From positions 1 through 34,433 of the forward strand of contig JANTGU010000001.1 of assembly GCA_024762735.1 (NCBI GenBank): 34,433 nt of DNA, in the 5' to 3' direction. Shown piece after piece: positions 1 to 9,586 of this stretch. Made by a program: the position numbers and the translations under genes. How positions within the stretch are numbered: position 1 is the first letter of the stretch; every line of letters begins with the position of its first letter. The notes under the pieces were generated by a model that had not been told where the DNA came from, made no database searches, and worked only from the letters and a program-made list of their open reading frames with translations. This DNA is from Bacteroidales bacterium. Its GTDB lineage: Bacteria > Bacteroidota > Bacteroidia > Bacteroidales > F082.

Positions 1-1128
1 CATGCCCACGTTGACCGCGACATGAAAAAAGAGTACCGACGCCACCCCGTAACCATATATCCTGCTAAAGGCCGACCGCTGTCGCTCCGCTAAAAATACC
101 AGCCTAACAAGGAGCGCCCAAAATAGCAGCAAAAGAATGGAACTCCCCACGAAACCCCGCTCTTCTCCAACGGTACAAAAAATAAAGTCGGTGCTTTGCT
201 CAGGCACAAAATGATACCGGGTCAGCATCCCTTGTTTAAACCCTTTTCCCATCAGGCCACCCGACCCAATGGCAATTTTCGATTGATTAACATTGTAGCC
301 CACCCCTCGCGGATCGTGCATCATGCCCAGCAATACTTTAATTCGATTGCGTTGGTGGGGCTGCAAAACTTCCTCAAAAGCAAAATGCACCGAAAAGACA
401 AACATCGAGGACAAAGCAAACAACAGGATGACGGTTTTATAGCTCTTGCGAGCCTTTTTCGAAAGCCAAATCAGCAGCAGTGCCAGCACGGCTAACCCGG
501 CAATTAAATAGAACTTTCCTATTAACAGGGTAAAAACAAACAGGGCTGCCACCACCAATCCCAACACGATAAAAATACCCGAAAAGCCCTCGCGATAAAG
601 TACCAGTATAAAAGAAAAATAGACCAGCGCCGACCCCGTGTCATTTTGAAGAAGGATAAGCAACGAGGGAAACATAATGATGATAATGGCTACCAGTTTG
701 GTTTTTAAAAGCGCCATGTTGACATTAAGTTTTCCAAGATATTTTGCCAATGCAAGTGCCGTGGCAAATTTGGCAAACTCGGCCGGCTGAATGGCAAAGG
801 CTCCTATTTGAAACCACGATTTGGAGCCTGCCACCGTTTTCCCAAACAGCAGCACCCCAATTAACAAAAACAGAATAAAAAAGTATATCCACCAGGCAAA
901 AGCTGAAAAAAACTTGGCATCAATAATCATGATAACAAAAGCCAACAGCAGCGCCAGTCCAATCCATAAAGCCTGTTTCCCAAACCGTTCCGATAAATCA
1001 AACATGGAAGCCGATGGGTCGTCAAACGATGCCGAGTAGATGGTAAACCATCCCCCGATGATCAACGTCAGGTATAAGATAACGGTAATCCAATCGGTAT
1101 TGGCCAATATGTTTTCTCTTTTTGTCAC
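1..1128 (-). CDS. rodA: Peptidoglycan glycosyltransferase RodA (SEDS family), 3' end truncated by the window edge
   Basis: The minus-strand frame is open from position 1 to 1128. My translation begins VTKRENILANTDWITVILYLTLIIGGWFTIYSASFDD and reads ...FFHVAVNVGM at the window edge, which is typical of FtsW/RodA/SpoVE proteins. The candidate GTG start (1128-1126) overlaps the mrdA stop as GTGA. It lies directly downstream of mrdA. It is missing from the ORF track because it runs off the window. Confidence 0.85.
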   Translation of the reverse strand, partial: MTKRENILANTDWITVILYLTLIIGGWFTIYSASFDDPSASMFDLSERFGKQALWIGLALLLAFVIMIIDAKFFSAFAWWIYFFILFLLIGVLLFGKTVAGSKSWFQIGAFAIQPAEFAKFATALALAKYLGKLNVNMALLKTKLVAIIIIMFPSLLILLQNDTGSALVYFSFILVLYREGFSGIFIVLGLVVAALFVFTLLIGKFYLIAGLAVLALLLIWLSKKARKSYKTVILLFALSSMFVFSVHFAFEEVLQPHQRNRIKVLLGMMHDPRGVGYNVNQSKIAIGSGGLMGKGFKQGMLTRYHFVPEQSTDFIFCTVGEERGFVGSSILLLLFWALLVRLVFLAERQRSAFSRIYGYGVASVLFFHVAVNVGM

Positions 1129-2948
1129 TTTTTCTTTTTATGAATTAAATCGCCCTCAAGTATTCGTTTTTCAAGTCTTTTTCTCTTGACCGTTCCCGTT
1201 AAATATTTTTCAATAAGAAGGCTGGCAATGGGGGCAGCCCATTTTGACCCGTAGCCACCGTTTTCAACCACCACCGAAACAGCAATCTTCGGATCATCCA
1301 TGGGTGCATAAGCGATAAATAACGAGTGGTCTTCGCCGTGCGGGTTCTGAACCGTTCCTGTTTTACCACATTGCTGCAGGCTGTCCACCTCGTAATAGTG
1401 TGCTGTTCCGTGTTCCATGGCAAAAACATCGCGCATGGCATCCTGCACAATATCAAAATACTTTGGCTTTACCGCCGTGTTGATTTTTGTTTTGTATTGA
1501 GCCATAAGGCTGTCCTCTCCCTCGGCCTGCCGTAAAAAATGAGGAGGATAGTAGTAACCCTTATTAGCTATTACCGTCACGAGGTTAGCCAGCTGAATGG
1601 GGGTAACCAATATTTCTCCCTGCCCAATGGCCAGCGAGCGCACGGTTAAGGCATTCCAGCTTCCGCGATACAGTTTATCGTAATAGGCTTTCGATGGAAT
1701 ATTCCCTTTCAACTCGAATGGAATATCGGTATTAAACTTTTGTCCAAATCCAAAGCTCTTTACATCGTTATACCACTTTTCGTAAGCCTGATGAGTGCCC
1801 CCCAGCGATGGTTTATTTAACAAGCTTTTAAAGGTGTTCCAAAAATAGGGATTACACGACTGTTTGATGGCTTCGTTAAGATCCAGCGGTGTTTTATGGT
1901 GATGGGTACATTTAATTGGAACCGATTCGGGACCCTGGCAGGAAAACTTGGTGTTGGGAGTGATGGCACGCTCCTGCAAAGCTATCAGTGCATTAATCAT
2001 TTTAAAAGTGGATCCCGGTGGATAGGTACCCATCACGGCACGATTCATCAATGGCTTTAACGAATCTTTCCGCAACAAAGTGTAGTTCTTCGATCGTGAG
2101 CGGCCAATTAATAAATTCAAATCGAAGCCGGGACTGCTCACCATGGCTAAAATGTCTCCCGACTTAGGCTCGATAATGACAATGCTTCCTACTTTGTTTT
2201 GCATAAGCTTTTCACCATATGCCTGCAAACCGGCATCGATGCTAAGAGTCAGATTTTTGCCGGGAACCGCCAGGGTGTCGTACTTACCATTTTGATAGCT
2301 CCCTTTAATGCGATTATGGACATCTACCTGAATCATCGTGGTGCCCTTGATTCCCCGCAGCATTTTTTCGTAAAAACGCTCAATGCCCGACTTGCCGATA
2401 TAGTCACCCGACCGGTAATAACTATCACGCTTTAAATCGCGCTGGTTTACCTCTCCCACGCTGCCAAGCAGATGGCCGGCAATAGGTTTTGTGTATTTTC
2501 TTAGAGCACGGCGCTGTACAAAAAAGCCCTTGTACTTGTACATTTTATCTTCAATTTTGGCATACTCATCTTTCGACAGCTGCTTGATAAAAACCGAAGG
2601 CTTGTACCTGGAATAGTGGATGGCTTTTTTCATCCGCTTTTTAAAATAAGCCGAATCAATGTTTAACAACGTGCAAAACTCGTTGGTATCGAGATTTTTA
2701 ATTTGTCGGGGAATCACCATCAAATCGTAAACAGCGTCGTTGTAAACCATCAACTTACCCTTTCTGTCGTAAATAAGTCCGCGCATAGGGTACTCGGTCA
2801 CGGTGCGAATGACTAGGTTCTTCGCCGAAGTTGAATACTTGTTCTCAACAACCTGCAGATAGTAAAGTTTCACGACAAACAGCGCCAATATCATTGTAAA
2901 AATGAAAATGACAACATATTTTCGTGAAGTATAATCTCTCTTGTACAT
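1125..2948 (-). CDS. mrdA: Penicillin-binding protein 2 (elongasome transpeptidase)
   Basis: 607 aa ORF with an N-terminal TM anchor. It carries the transpeptidase motifs GSTFKM (SxxK), SCN (SxN) and KTGT. It forms the conserved mrdA-rodA pair. Confidence 0.9.
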   Translation of the reverse strand: MYKRDYTSRKYVVIFIFTMILALFVVKLYYLQVVENKYSTSAKNLVIRTVTEYPMRGLIYDRKGKLMVYNDAVYDLMVIPRQIKNLDTNEFCTLLNIDSAYFKKRMKKAIHYSRYKPSVFIKQLSKDEYAKIEDKMYKYKGFFVQRRALRKYTKPIAGHLLGSVGEVNQRDLKRDSYYRSGDYIGKSGIERFYEKMLRGIKGTTMIQVDVHNRIKGSYQNGKYDTLAVPGKNLTLSIDAGLQAYGEKLMQNKVGSIVIIEPKSGDILAMVSSPGFDLNLLIGRSRSKNYTLLRKDSLKPLMNRAVMGTYPPGSTFKMINALIALQERAITPNTKFSCQGPESVPIKCTHHHKTPLDLNEAIKQSCNPYFWNTFKSLLNKPSLGGTHQAYEKWYNDVKSFGFGQKFNTDIPFELKGNIPSKAYYDKLYRGSWNALTVRSLAIGQGEILVTPIQLANLVTVIANKGYYYPPHFLRQAEGEDSLMAQYKTKINTAVKPKYFDIVQDAMRDVFAMEHGTAHYYEVDSLQQCGKTGTVQNPHGEDHSLFIAYAPMDDPKIAVSVVVENGGYGSKWAAPIASLLIEKYLTGTVKRKRLEKRILEGDLIHKKKK

Positions 2949-3037
2949 ATTTTAACTGACCATCCTTTATTTGCGAGCCAGAACCCCCTCTACTTTAACC
3001 AAAACAACCAAAAATGCTTGTTGAAATTACCGGCACA

Positions 3038-3045
3038 CAAAAGTA
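3038..3045 (-). promoter_or_regulatory. Candidate Bacteroidota -7 promoter box (TActTTTG) upstream of mrdA-rodA
   Basis: Forward caaaagta is TACTTTTG on the minus strand, about 90 nt upstream of the mrdA ATG. This is a motif match only. Confidence 0.3.
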
Positions 3046-3191
3046 GCACAAAAATGTACAATCGTTTGCATAAGGGATTGCGAAAAACAGTTAAAAAAAA
3101 GCGCTTGCTAACAGAACTTCTTTTGGGCTGCTGTTAACAAATGAAAAATAAATCAGCTACTTTTGGCATCTTAAACAAAAAATTGAAAAAG

Positions 3192-4286
3192 ATGAAACGT
3201 TTGCTTATAGCCACCGGTGGCGGCGACTGCCCCGGGTTAAACGCCGTAATAAGAGCCGTGGTACATCGTGCCTCGCAGGAGAAAGATTGGGAAGTGCTTG
3301 GAAGTATTCAGGCGTTTAATGGTGTTTTGTGGGAACCAACCGAAATAGTGCCGCTTGACAACAAAGCCGTATCGGGCATCCATTTTCAGGGTGGAACCAT
3401 TATTGAAACCACCAACAAAGGAGGCCCGTTTGCCTGGCCGGTTAAAAATGGCGATGGAACCTGGACAACCGTGGATCGCTCCGACGATATGATTCGAAAA
3501 CTACAATATTTAAACATCGACGCGGTAATTAATATTGGCGGCGACGGCTCTCAACGAATTTCCAACAAGCTCTACGAAAAAGGGTTAAACATTATCGGGG
3601 TACCCAAGACCATCGACAACGATTTAAGTTCTACCGATTCTACTTTTGGATTTCAAACAGCCGTACAGGTTGCTACCGAAGCAGTTGACAAGCTGGTAAC
3701 CACCGCGGCCAGTCACAACCGTGTTTTCTTTTTGGAGGTGATGGGGCGTGATGCCGGTTGGATTGCCCTTAATGCTGCCGTGGCCGGAGGAGCCGAGGTA
3801 TGCCTTATCCCTGAAATACCTTACGATATCAACAAAGTTAAAGAGGCTCTGGAACAACGCTTTCATCGCGATCGCGGGTTTGCCGTGGTAGTGGTGGCCG
3901 AAGGTGCTTTCCCGAAAGGGGGCATGCCCGTGTTTGAACAGCCCAAAGAACCGGGATACGAAAACCGTATGCTGGGGGGCATCGCCCGTAAGCTAATGAC
4001 CGACCTAAAAGAGAAAGGGTTTAAGCCCGAAATGCGTGAAACCGTATTGGGGCACCTGCAACGGGGAGGCGTTCCCGTGGCTTACGACCGGGTATTGTCG
4101 GCACAATTTGGTGTAAAAGCCTTTGAAATGGTGCTAAATCAGGAATATGGTAAAATGGTGGCCTACCGCCATCCCGAATTTGTGGCTGTCCCCTTGAGCG
4201 AAGCAGTGGCAAAGCCAAACCTTGTTTCCATGAATAATGCACTGGTAAAAACGGCATTAGGTTTGGGTATATGCCTTGGAACATAA
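3192..4286 (+). CDS. pfkA: 6-phosphofructokinase (PfkA family)
   Basis: Motifs GGGDCPGLNAVIR, GGDGS, PKTIDND and MGR. The ORF track opens at 3141, but MKRLLIATGGGDCPGLN at 3192 matches the usual PFK N-terminus, so the start is ambiguous (3141 or 3192). Confidence 0.88.
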   Translation: MKRLLIATGGGDCPGLNAVIRAVVHRASQEKDWEVLGSIQAFNGVLWEPTEIVPLDNKAVSGIHFQGGTIIETTNKGGPFAWPVKNGDGTWTTVDRSDDMIRKLQYLNIDAVINIGGDGSQRISNKLYEKGLNIIGVPKTIDNDLSSTDSTFGFQTAVQVATEAVDKLVTTAASHNRVFFLEVMGRDAGWIALNAAVAGGAEVCLIPEIPYDINKVKEALEQRFHRDRGFAVVVVAEGAFPKGGMPVFEQPKEPGYENRMLGGIARKLMTDLKEKGFKPEMRETVLGHLQRGGVPVAYDRVLSAQFGVKAFEMVLNQEYGKMVAYRHPEFVAVPLSEAVAKPNLVSMNNALVKTALGLGICLGT

Positions 4287-4312
4287 TTTTGTTTATAAAC
4301 TTTATAAATTAA

Positions 4313-4320
4313 TATATTTG
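4313..4320 (+). promoter_or_regulatory. Candidate -7 promoter box (TAtaTTTG) for the MscS gene
   Basis: TATATTTG at 4313-4320, with a second match TATCTTTG at 4323-4330, lies 45-55 nt upstream of the ATG at 4376. Confidence 0.35.
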
Positions 4321-4375
4321 ACTATCTTTGCCGCCATAATTCTATTATAATTAACAACTTAAAATTTTAAACAAT

Positions 4376-5191
4376 ATGGATTTTGATGTAACTAAAATGA
4401 TTGATGAAATTCAACCAATCATTACCGATTATGGCCTAAAACTTATAGGTGCCATCGTGGTACTTATCATCGGCCTTTGGATTGCCAAAATGATTACCAG
4501 ACAACTTGGTAAATTACTGAAAATTAGAAACTACGATGCTTCGCTTCAGGGTTTCTTAACCAGCTTGGTGGGCATCCTGCTCAAAACGTTGGTTTTTATT
4601 GCCGCGTTGGGCATGATGGGTATCGAGATGACCTCCTTTATTGCCATTCTTGGTGCTGCCGGTTTGGCTGTGGGCATGGCTCTTTCGGGAACCCTGCAAA
4701 ATTTTGCCGGCGGGGTGATGATTTTAATCTTCAGACCTTTTAAAGTGGGTGATTTGATTGATGCACAAGGATACCTTGGCGTGGTAAAAGATATCCAGAT
4801 TTTTGTTACCATCCTGACCACTCCCGACAACAAAACCATTATTATTCCAAACGGTGGTTTATCAACAGGATCGTTAACCAACTACAGCACCGAGCCTAAA
4901 CGTCGGGTTGACTGGACAGTTGGTTTTGGCTATGGTGACGATTACGACAAAGCCAGAGAGTTGGTGTTGGGTATTTTAAAAGCCGATAAAAGAGTGCTGA
5001 CAGATCCCGAACCATTTGTGGCTTTAGGGGCACTGGCCGACAGCTCAGTAAATTTAACCGTGCGGGCATGGGTAAATGCAGCCGATTATTGGGACGTGTT
5101 TTTCGACTTCAACGAACAGGTTTACAAAGTGTTTAACAAAGAGGGTATCAACATTCCATTTCCACAAATGGATGTTCATATTCAAAAATAA
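4376..5191 (+). CDS. mscS: Small-conductance mechanosensitive channel (MscS family)
   Basis: 271 aa with three N-terminal TM helices followed by the MscS beta-domain signature (FRPFKVGDLIDAQGYLGVVKDIQIFVTILTTPDNKTIIIPNG). Confidence 0.85.
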   Translation: MDFDVTKMIDEIQPIITDYGLKLIGAIVVLIIGLWIAKMITRQLGKLLKIRNYDASLQGFLTSLVGILLKTLVFIAALGMMGIEMTSFIAILGAAGLAVGMALSGTLQNFAGGVMILIFRPFKVGDLIDAQGYLGVVKDIQIFVTILTTPDNKTIIIPNGGLSTGSLTNYSTEPKRRVDWTVGFGYGDDYDKARELVLGILKADKRVLTDPEPFVALGALADSSVNLTVRAWVNAADYWDVFFDFNEQVYKVFNKEGINIPFPQMDVHIQK

Positions 5192-5202
5192 TTTTTAATA
5201 CT

Positions 5203-5247
5203 GGCTGTAGCAAAGGTGCTTTTAGTACTTTTGTTACAGCCATTTTT
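5203..5247 (+). terminator. Rho-independent terminator after the MscS gene
   Basis: A 12-bp stem pairs ggctgtagcaaa (5203-5214) with tttgttacagcc (5230-5241), including one G-U pair. The loop is 15 nt and is followed by atttttat. Confidence 0.55.
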
Positions 5248-5259
5248 ATATCCTTTTAT

Positions 5260-5979
5260 ATGAGAAAAATACTAACCATCCTTTTTATTGGAGCCCTCGG
5301 TTTGCTTAGTACCGTTAAAGCACAAAAATTTTATACTACTTCGGGTGGGGAAATGATTTTTTCGTTTGCCACCATCGACAACAATGGAAATAGCGGCAAC
5401 AACATCATGCGGTGGTCGCCGGTTTTTAACTTCCAGTTTTTTGGAAACTACGATTTTTCAAAACATGCCGGGTTGATTTTTGGAGCCGCCGTAAGAAATG
5501 TTGGCTTTATTGATAACAACCCCGACGTTAACAACAGTGCTTACAAAAAAAAGTATCGCACCTACGACGTGGGTATCCCGGTAGGCATTAAAATTGGCAA
5601 TCTTGACCGGTTCTTTCTTTATGGCGGGTACGAAATCGAGTTTCCGTTTCACTACAAAGAAAAAACCTTTATTGACGGTTCAAAACAAGACAACAAAATT
5701 ACCGCCTGGTTTTCAAAGCGAACCCCCACTTTTTACAACACCGCTTTCGTGGGAATCCAGTTTCCCTACGGGCTTAACCTAAAAGTGAAATACTACTTTA
5801 CCAGCTTTTTTAATGAAGATTTTGTGCAGGTTGTTGATGGTATCGATACCAAGCCCTATGCCGGTATGAAAGCAAACATTATCTATTTTTCGTTAAGTTT
5901 CGATCTGTTTAAAAACTACAGCATCGATTACCACGACATGAAACCCCCGGCCAGCAAGGCGAACAATAACGTTTATTAA
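5260..5979 (+). CDS. Hypothetical secreted protein, probably an outer-membrane beta-barrel
   Basis: 239 aa with signal peptide MRKILTILFIGALGLLSTVKAQ. It shows an alternating aromatic/hydrophobic beta-strand pattern and ends in an aromatic-rich C-terminus. I recognise no specific family. Confidence 0.5.
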   Translation: MRKILTILFIGALGLLSTVKAQKFYTTSGGEMIFSFATIDNNGNSGNNIMRWSPVFNFQFFGNYDFSKHAGLIFGAAVRNVGFIDNNPDVNNSAYKKKYRTYDVGIPVGIKIGNLDRFFLYGGYEIEFPFHYKEKTFIDGSKQDNKITAWFSKRTPTFYNTAFVGIQFPYGLNLKVKYYFTSFFNEDFVQVVDGIDTKPYAGMKANIIYFSLSFDLFKNYSIDYHDMKPPASKANNNVY

Positions 5980-5990
5980 TAAAGATAACC

Positions 5991-6878
5991 GTGAGCGGTA
6001 TTAACAACAGGAAACAAACCAAACGACAAGTGGGCGCATCGTATGTTACCACCATCATCAGTATTATGTTGGTGCTGTTTACCCTGGGGTTTTTAGGCTT
6101 GATTTTACTGCAGGCACGTTCACTGTCGCGCTACATTAAAGAAAATATCGGCTTTGAAATAGTCATTAAAAAAGGGGTGAAAGATGCTGATATTTTCCGT
6201 CTTCAAAAAATGCTTGATGCCCGCAACTATGTTAAATCCACCGAATACATTACCAAAGAAGAGGCTGCAACTCGGTTAAAAGAAACCCTGGGAAACGATT
6301 TTGTCAGTTTTTTGGGAGAAGAGAACAACCCGCTGCTTCCCTCGCTGGAGGTTAGGTTTAATGCCGATTGGGCCAGCCCCGACAGCTTAAAGATTATTGA
6401 AAAGAACGTGCTTAAAAACGGCATTGTTAAAGAGGTTTACTACCATAAATCGTTGGTAGATGTCATCAATAAAAACATCAGTCGCATCGGCATTATTTTG
6501 CTTGCCATCAGTTTGATATTAATTGTAATATCGGTGGCATTAATTAACAACACCATCCGGCTGGCGATTTTTGCCAAGCGTCACACCATTAAAAGCATGC
6601 AGCTGGTGGGTGCCACCAATGCCTTTATCCGTCGGCCTTTTGTACAGCGGTCATTGTTACATGGTGCATTAAGCGCGTTGCTTGCCCTGCTGCTGTTAAG
6701 CGTTGTAACCACCCTTTTAAAAGAAAACATTCCCGAACTGCAACTGTTGGAAGATCGGTTGACCATGCTCGTGCTTTACCTGGCCGTCTTTGTTTCCGGC
6801 ATTGCCATTTCCGGTATTTCTACCTGGTTGGCGGTTACGCGCTATTTAAAAACTGGTTCTGACAAACTTTATGGCTAG
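5991..6878 (+). CDS. ftsX: Cell-division permease-like protein FtsX
   Basis: 295 aa with a GTG start. The layout is a TM helix, a periplasmic alpha/beta domain and three C-terminal TM helices, including the FtsX-type segment MQLVGATNAFIRRPF. Confidence 0.85.
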   Translation: MSGINNRKQTKRQVGASYVTTIISIMLVLFTLGFLGLILLQARSLSRYIKENIGFEIVIKKGVKDADIFRLQKMLDARNYVKSTEYITKEEAATRLKETLGNDFVSFLGEENNPLLPSLEVRFNADWASPDSLKIIEKNVLKNGIVKEVYYHKSLVDVINKNISRIGIILLAISLILIVISVALINNTIRLAIFAKRHTIKSMQLVGATNAFIRRPFVQRSLLHGALSALLALLLLSVVTTLLKENIPELQLLEDRLTMLVLYLAVFVSGIAISGISTWLAVTRYLKTGSDKLYG

Positions 6879-6958
6879 ATTGAGAGATTTCTATTACTTT
6901 TGAGGAAATTTTTTAACCAACGCAATATCCACATTATTTATTGCAATTTAAGTTTAAC

Positions 6959-7228
6959 ATGATGAAGACAAAAGAGGTAAAAAACAAAAATCAAAACGTG
7001 GAAGATTTATTCCCGTTTCATAAAGAAAATTATAAATACCTGTTTTTAGGATTAATTCTGTTGGCACTGGGTTTTATTCTAATGATTGGGGGTGGCTCCG
7101 ATGATCCCAATAAATTCAGCGATGCCCTTTTCGACACACAACGTCTTACCATTGCGCCATTGCTGTTAATTGCCGGGTTTGCCGTTGAAATGTGGGCTGT
7201 GTTAAAACGTCCCGGTCATAAAAACTAA
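6959..7228 (+). CDS. DUF3098-family small membrane protein
   Basis: About 89 aa with two TM helices and the motif FPFHKENYKYLFLGLILLALGFILMIGG. It sits in the conserved ftsX-DUF3098-uppP position seen in Bacteroidota. The ATG at 6959 is preferred over the TTG at 6941. Confidence 0.7.
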   Translation: MMKTKEVKNKNQNVEDLFPFHKENYKYLFLGLILLALGFILMIGGGSDDPNKFSDALFDTQRLTIAPLLLIAGFAVEMWAVLKRPGHKN

Positions 7229-7240
7229 CCTCTTTAATTT

Positions 7241-8032
7241 ATGGATATGACTTGGTTTCAAGCACTGGTACTGGCAATTGTTGAAGGCCTTACTGAATTT
7301 CTTCCCGTATCTTCTACCGGACACATGATTCTTACCGAGGGAGTTTTGGGCATGAAGAGCAACGACTTTATTCAGGCCTTTATTGTCAATATTCAGTTTG
7401 GTGCTATCTTATCGGTAGTGGTACTTTACTGGAAGCGGTTTTTTCAATCGCTTAAGTTTTATTACAAACTTTTCGTGGCTTTTTTGCCGGCAGCCTTTTT
7501 TGGCTTGCTGCTTCACGACTATATCGACCAACTGTTGGAAAGTGTTTATGTGGTGGCCGTGATGCTAATAATAGGTGGCGTAATTTTGATAATGGTTGAC
7601 CAATGGTTTAAAACCACCGCCGAAAAAGGGAAAGAAGACGTTACTTACAAAAACGCACTGGTTATCGGACTTTTCCAGGTGCTGGCCATGATACCGGGTA
7701 CGTCGCGTTCAGCTGCCACCATCATTGGCGGGATGGTTGAGAAAATGAACAAAAAAGCAGCTGCCGAGTTTTCCTTCTTTTTGGCAGTCCCCACCATGGT
7801 GGCCGCTTCGGGGTATAAACTGCTCGAAAACCACGAAGCCATTACCTCCGACAACATCGGGTTGTTGATTTTTGGCAACGTGATTGCTTTTATCGTGGCA
7901 CTGCTGGCTATCAAATCATTCATCAGCTTTTTAACAAACCACGGCTTTAAAGTTTTTGGCTACTACCGCATCATTGTCGGCGTGGTTATTTTGGTGCTCT
8001 ATTTGTTCGGCGTTGATTTAACAATTTCCTAA
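7241..8032 (+). CDS. uppP: Undecaprenyl-diphosphate phosphatase
   Basis: 263 aa polytopic membrane protein with the BacA/UppP motifs [14 protein letters not shown] and [10 protein letters not shown]. Confidence 0.9.
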   Translation: MDMTWFQALVLAIVEGLTEFLPVSSTGHMILTEGVLGMKSNDFIQAFIVNIQFGAILSVVVLYWKRFFQSLKFYYKLFVAFLPAAFFGLLLHDYIDQLLESVYVVAVMLIIGGVILIMVDQWFKTTAEKGKEDVTYKNALVIGLFQVLAMIPGTSRSAATIIGGMVEKMNKKAAAEFSFFLAVPTMVAASGYKLLENHEAITSDNIGLLIFGNVIAFIVALLAIKSFISFLTNHGFKVFGYYRIIVGVVILVLYLFGVDLTIS

Positions 8033-8736
8033 TGGCTTTTGATTTTGTACAGGGCGAAGTGTTGCTGGTTGATAAACCGCTGGAGTGGACTTCGTTTGAC
8101 GTGGTAAATTTTATCCGTTCGTTTCTGCGTAAAAAATATGACCTTAAAAAATTAAAGGTAGGTCATGCCGGCACGCTCGATCCACTTGCCACGGGATTGT
8201 TGATAATATGTACCGGTAAAATGACCAGGCAGATTGATACGTTTCAGGGAATGGACAAGGTGTATGTTGGGCAGATGAAACTGGGAGCTACCACCCCGTC
8301 GTTTGACAAAGAGACCGAAGAAGACAGTCAGTTTGCCATCGATACTATTTCGGAAAAAGATCTTTTTGAAACCGCGAAAAAATTCCTTGGCGAAACAGAC
8401 CAAATTCCTCCCCTCTATTCGGCTGTTAAAATTGATGGCAAAAGGGCTTACGAGCATGCGCGCAAAAAGGAACATCGTGAAATAAAAGCCCGAAAGGTTA
8501 TTATTCACGATTTTAACCTGCTTAACATCGACTTACCGCTTATCGACTTTTATGTAAAAAGCAGCAAGGGTACCTACATTCGCTCGTTGGTACGCGACTT
8601 TGGAAAAGCGTTAAACAACGGGGCTTACCTTACTGCGCTACGACGCACCCAAATTGGCTCGTTCTCGGTAAAAGATGCCTATACCCTCGATGCTTTTAAA
8701 GAGGCTGTAATGATAGAAACTGATAACCATGAATGA
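8032..8736 (+). CDS. truB: tRNA pseudouridine(55) synthase
   Basis: 234 aa with the catalytic motif HAGTLDPLATGLL. Its start overlaps the uppP stop by 1 nt (TAATG). Confidence 0.92.
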   Translation: MAFDFVQGEVLLVDKPLEWTSFDVVNFIRSFLRKKYDLKKLKVGHAGTLDPLATGLLIICTGKMTRQIDTFQGMDKVYVGQMKLGATTPSFDKETEEDSQFAIDTISEKDLFETAKKFLGETDQIPPLYSAVKIDGKRAYEHARKKEHREIKARKVIIHDFNLLNIDLPLIDFYVKSSKGTYIRSLVRDFGKALNNGAYLTALRRTQIGSFSVKDAYTLDAFKEAVMIETDNHE

Positions 8737-9574
8737 GCAACATCAATCCATCGTAGTAACCAAAAATACGGGTGAAAAAGATGTTTTTGATGCGGAAAAA
8801 CTGAAGTCAGCCTTGCGTCGTTCGGGGGCTACTGAAACCGAAGTGGATTTGGTTGAGCAGGAAGTTTTGTATAACCTTTACGATGGTATCACCACCAAAA
8901 AAATTTACCGGCTGGCCTACAACCTGCTTCGGAACAAATCGAAACGAACAGCAGGCAGATACCGGTTAAAGAGTGCCGTGATGAGTTTGGGCCCTTCGGG
9001 CTATCCTTTCGAAAAATTTTTAGGCCGCTTGTTTGAAAGCAAGGGCTATAAAGTATCGGTGAATAAAATAATCAAGGGTAAATGTGTAACCCACGAAACC
9101 GACCTGATAGCCAATAATGGCACCGAGCAAATCATGGTCGAGTGTAAGTTTCACAGCAGGATTACACAAAAAAGCGATGTTAAAGTACCGCTTTACATTC
9201 AATCGAGGTTTCTTGATATTAAAGCTGTTTGGGAGCAAAATCCGGATTTAAAAAATACTCGGCTTTACGGCATGGTAGCCACCAATACCCGCTTTACCGA
9301 AGATGCCAAAGATTTTGCCCGCTGCGTGGGACTTAAAGTGATCAGCTGGGATTATCCCTCCGGGAACAGCTTGCGCGAATGGATTGACGATAGCGGTTAT
9401 TATCCCATTACCGCCTTGCAATCGTTGCGAAAAAAAGATACCGAACTGCTGCTTGAAAACAACCTGGTGTTATGCCGCGAGCTTGAACCAAACAGGCAAA
9501 AGTTGCGCGACCTTAACTTTAGCGAAAGCAACATAAAAAAAATACTTACCGAAGCCGCTCATCTGATTTCTTAA
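8729..9574 (+). CDS. ATP-cone domain protein fused to a PD-(D/E)XK (Mrr-like) restriction-endonuclease fold
   Basis: 281 aa. The N-terminal ~90 aa resemble an ATP-cone (VVTKNTGEKDVFDAEKLKSALRRSGA...KKIYRLAYNLL). The central region carries a D...ExK nuclease motif (HETDLIANNGTEQIMVECKF). It overlaps truB by 8 nt and ends 12 nt before rlmN. Confidence 0.7.
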   Translation: MNEQHQSIVVTKNTGEKDVFDAEKLKSALRRSGATETEVDLVEQEVLYNLYDGITTKKIYRLAYNLLRNKSKRTAGRYRLKSAVMSLGPSGYPFEKFLGRLFESKGYKVSVNKIIKGKCVTHETDLIANNGTEQIMVECKFHSRITQKSDVKVPLYIQSRFLDIKAVWEQNPDLKNTRLYGMVATNTRFTEDAKDFARCVGLKVISWDYPSGNSLREWIDDSGYYPITALQSLRKKDTELLLENNLVLCRELEPNRQKLRDLNFSESNIKKILTEAAHLIS

Positions 9575-9586
9575 AAACAATTTATT

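Noticed and set aside
196-1039. Plus-strand ORFs 196-495 and 821-1039
   Set aside because: They are antisense to a continuous minus-strand frame with clear RodA/SEDS similarity. Their translations are low-complexity and have no recognisable motifs.
3141-3191. 17-codon N-terminal extension of the phosphofructokinase ORF
   Set aside because: PFK proteins normally begin a few residues before the GGDxPG loop, and MKRLLIATGGGD at 3192 fits this. The extension is Lys/Asn-rich. It is kept only as an alternative start.
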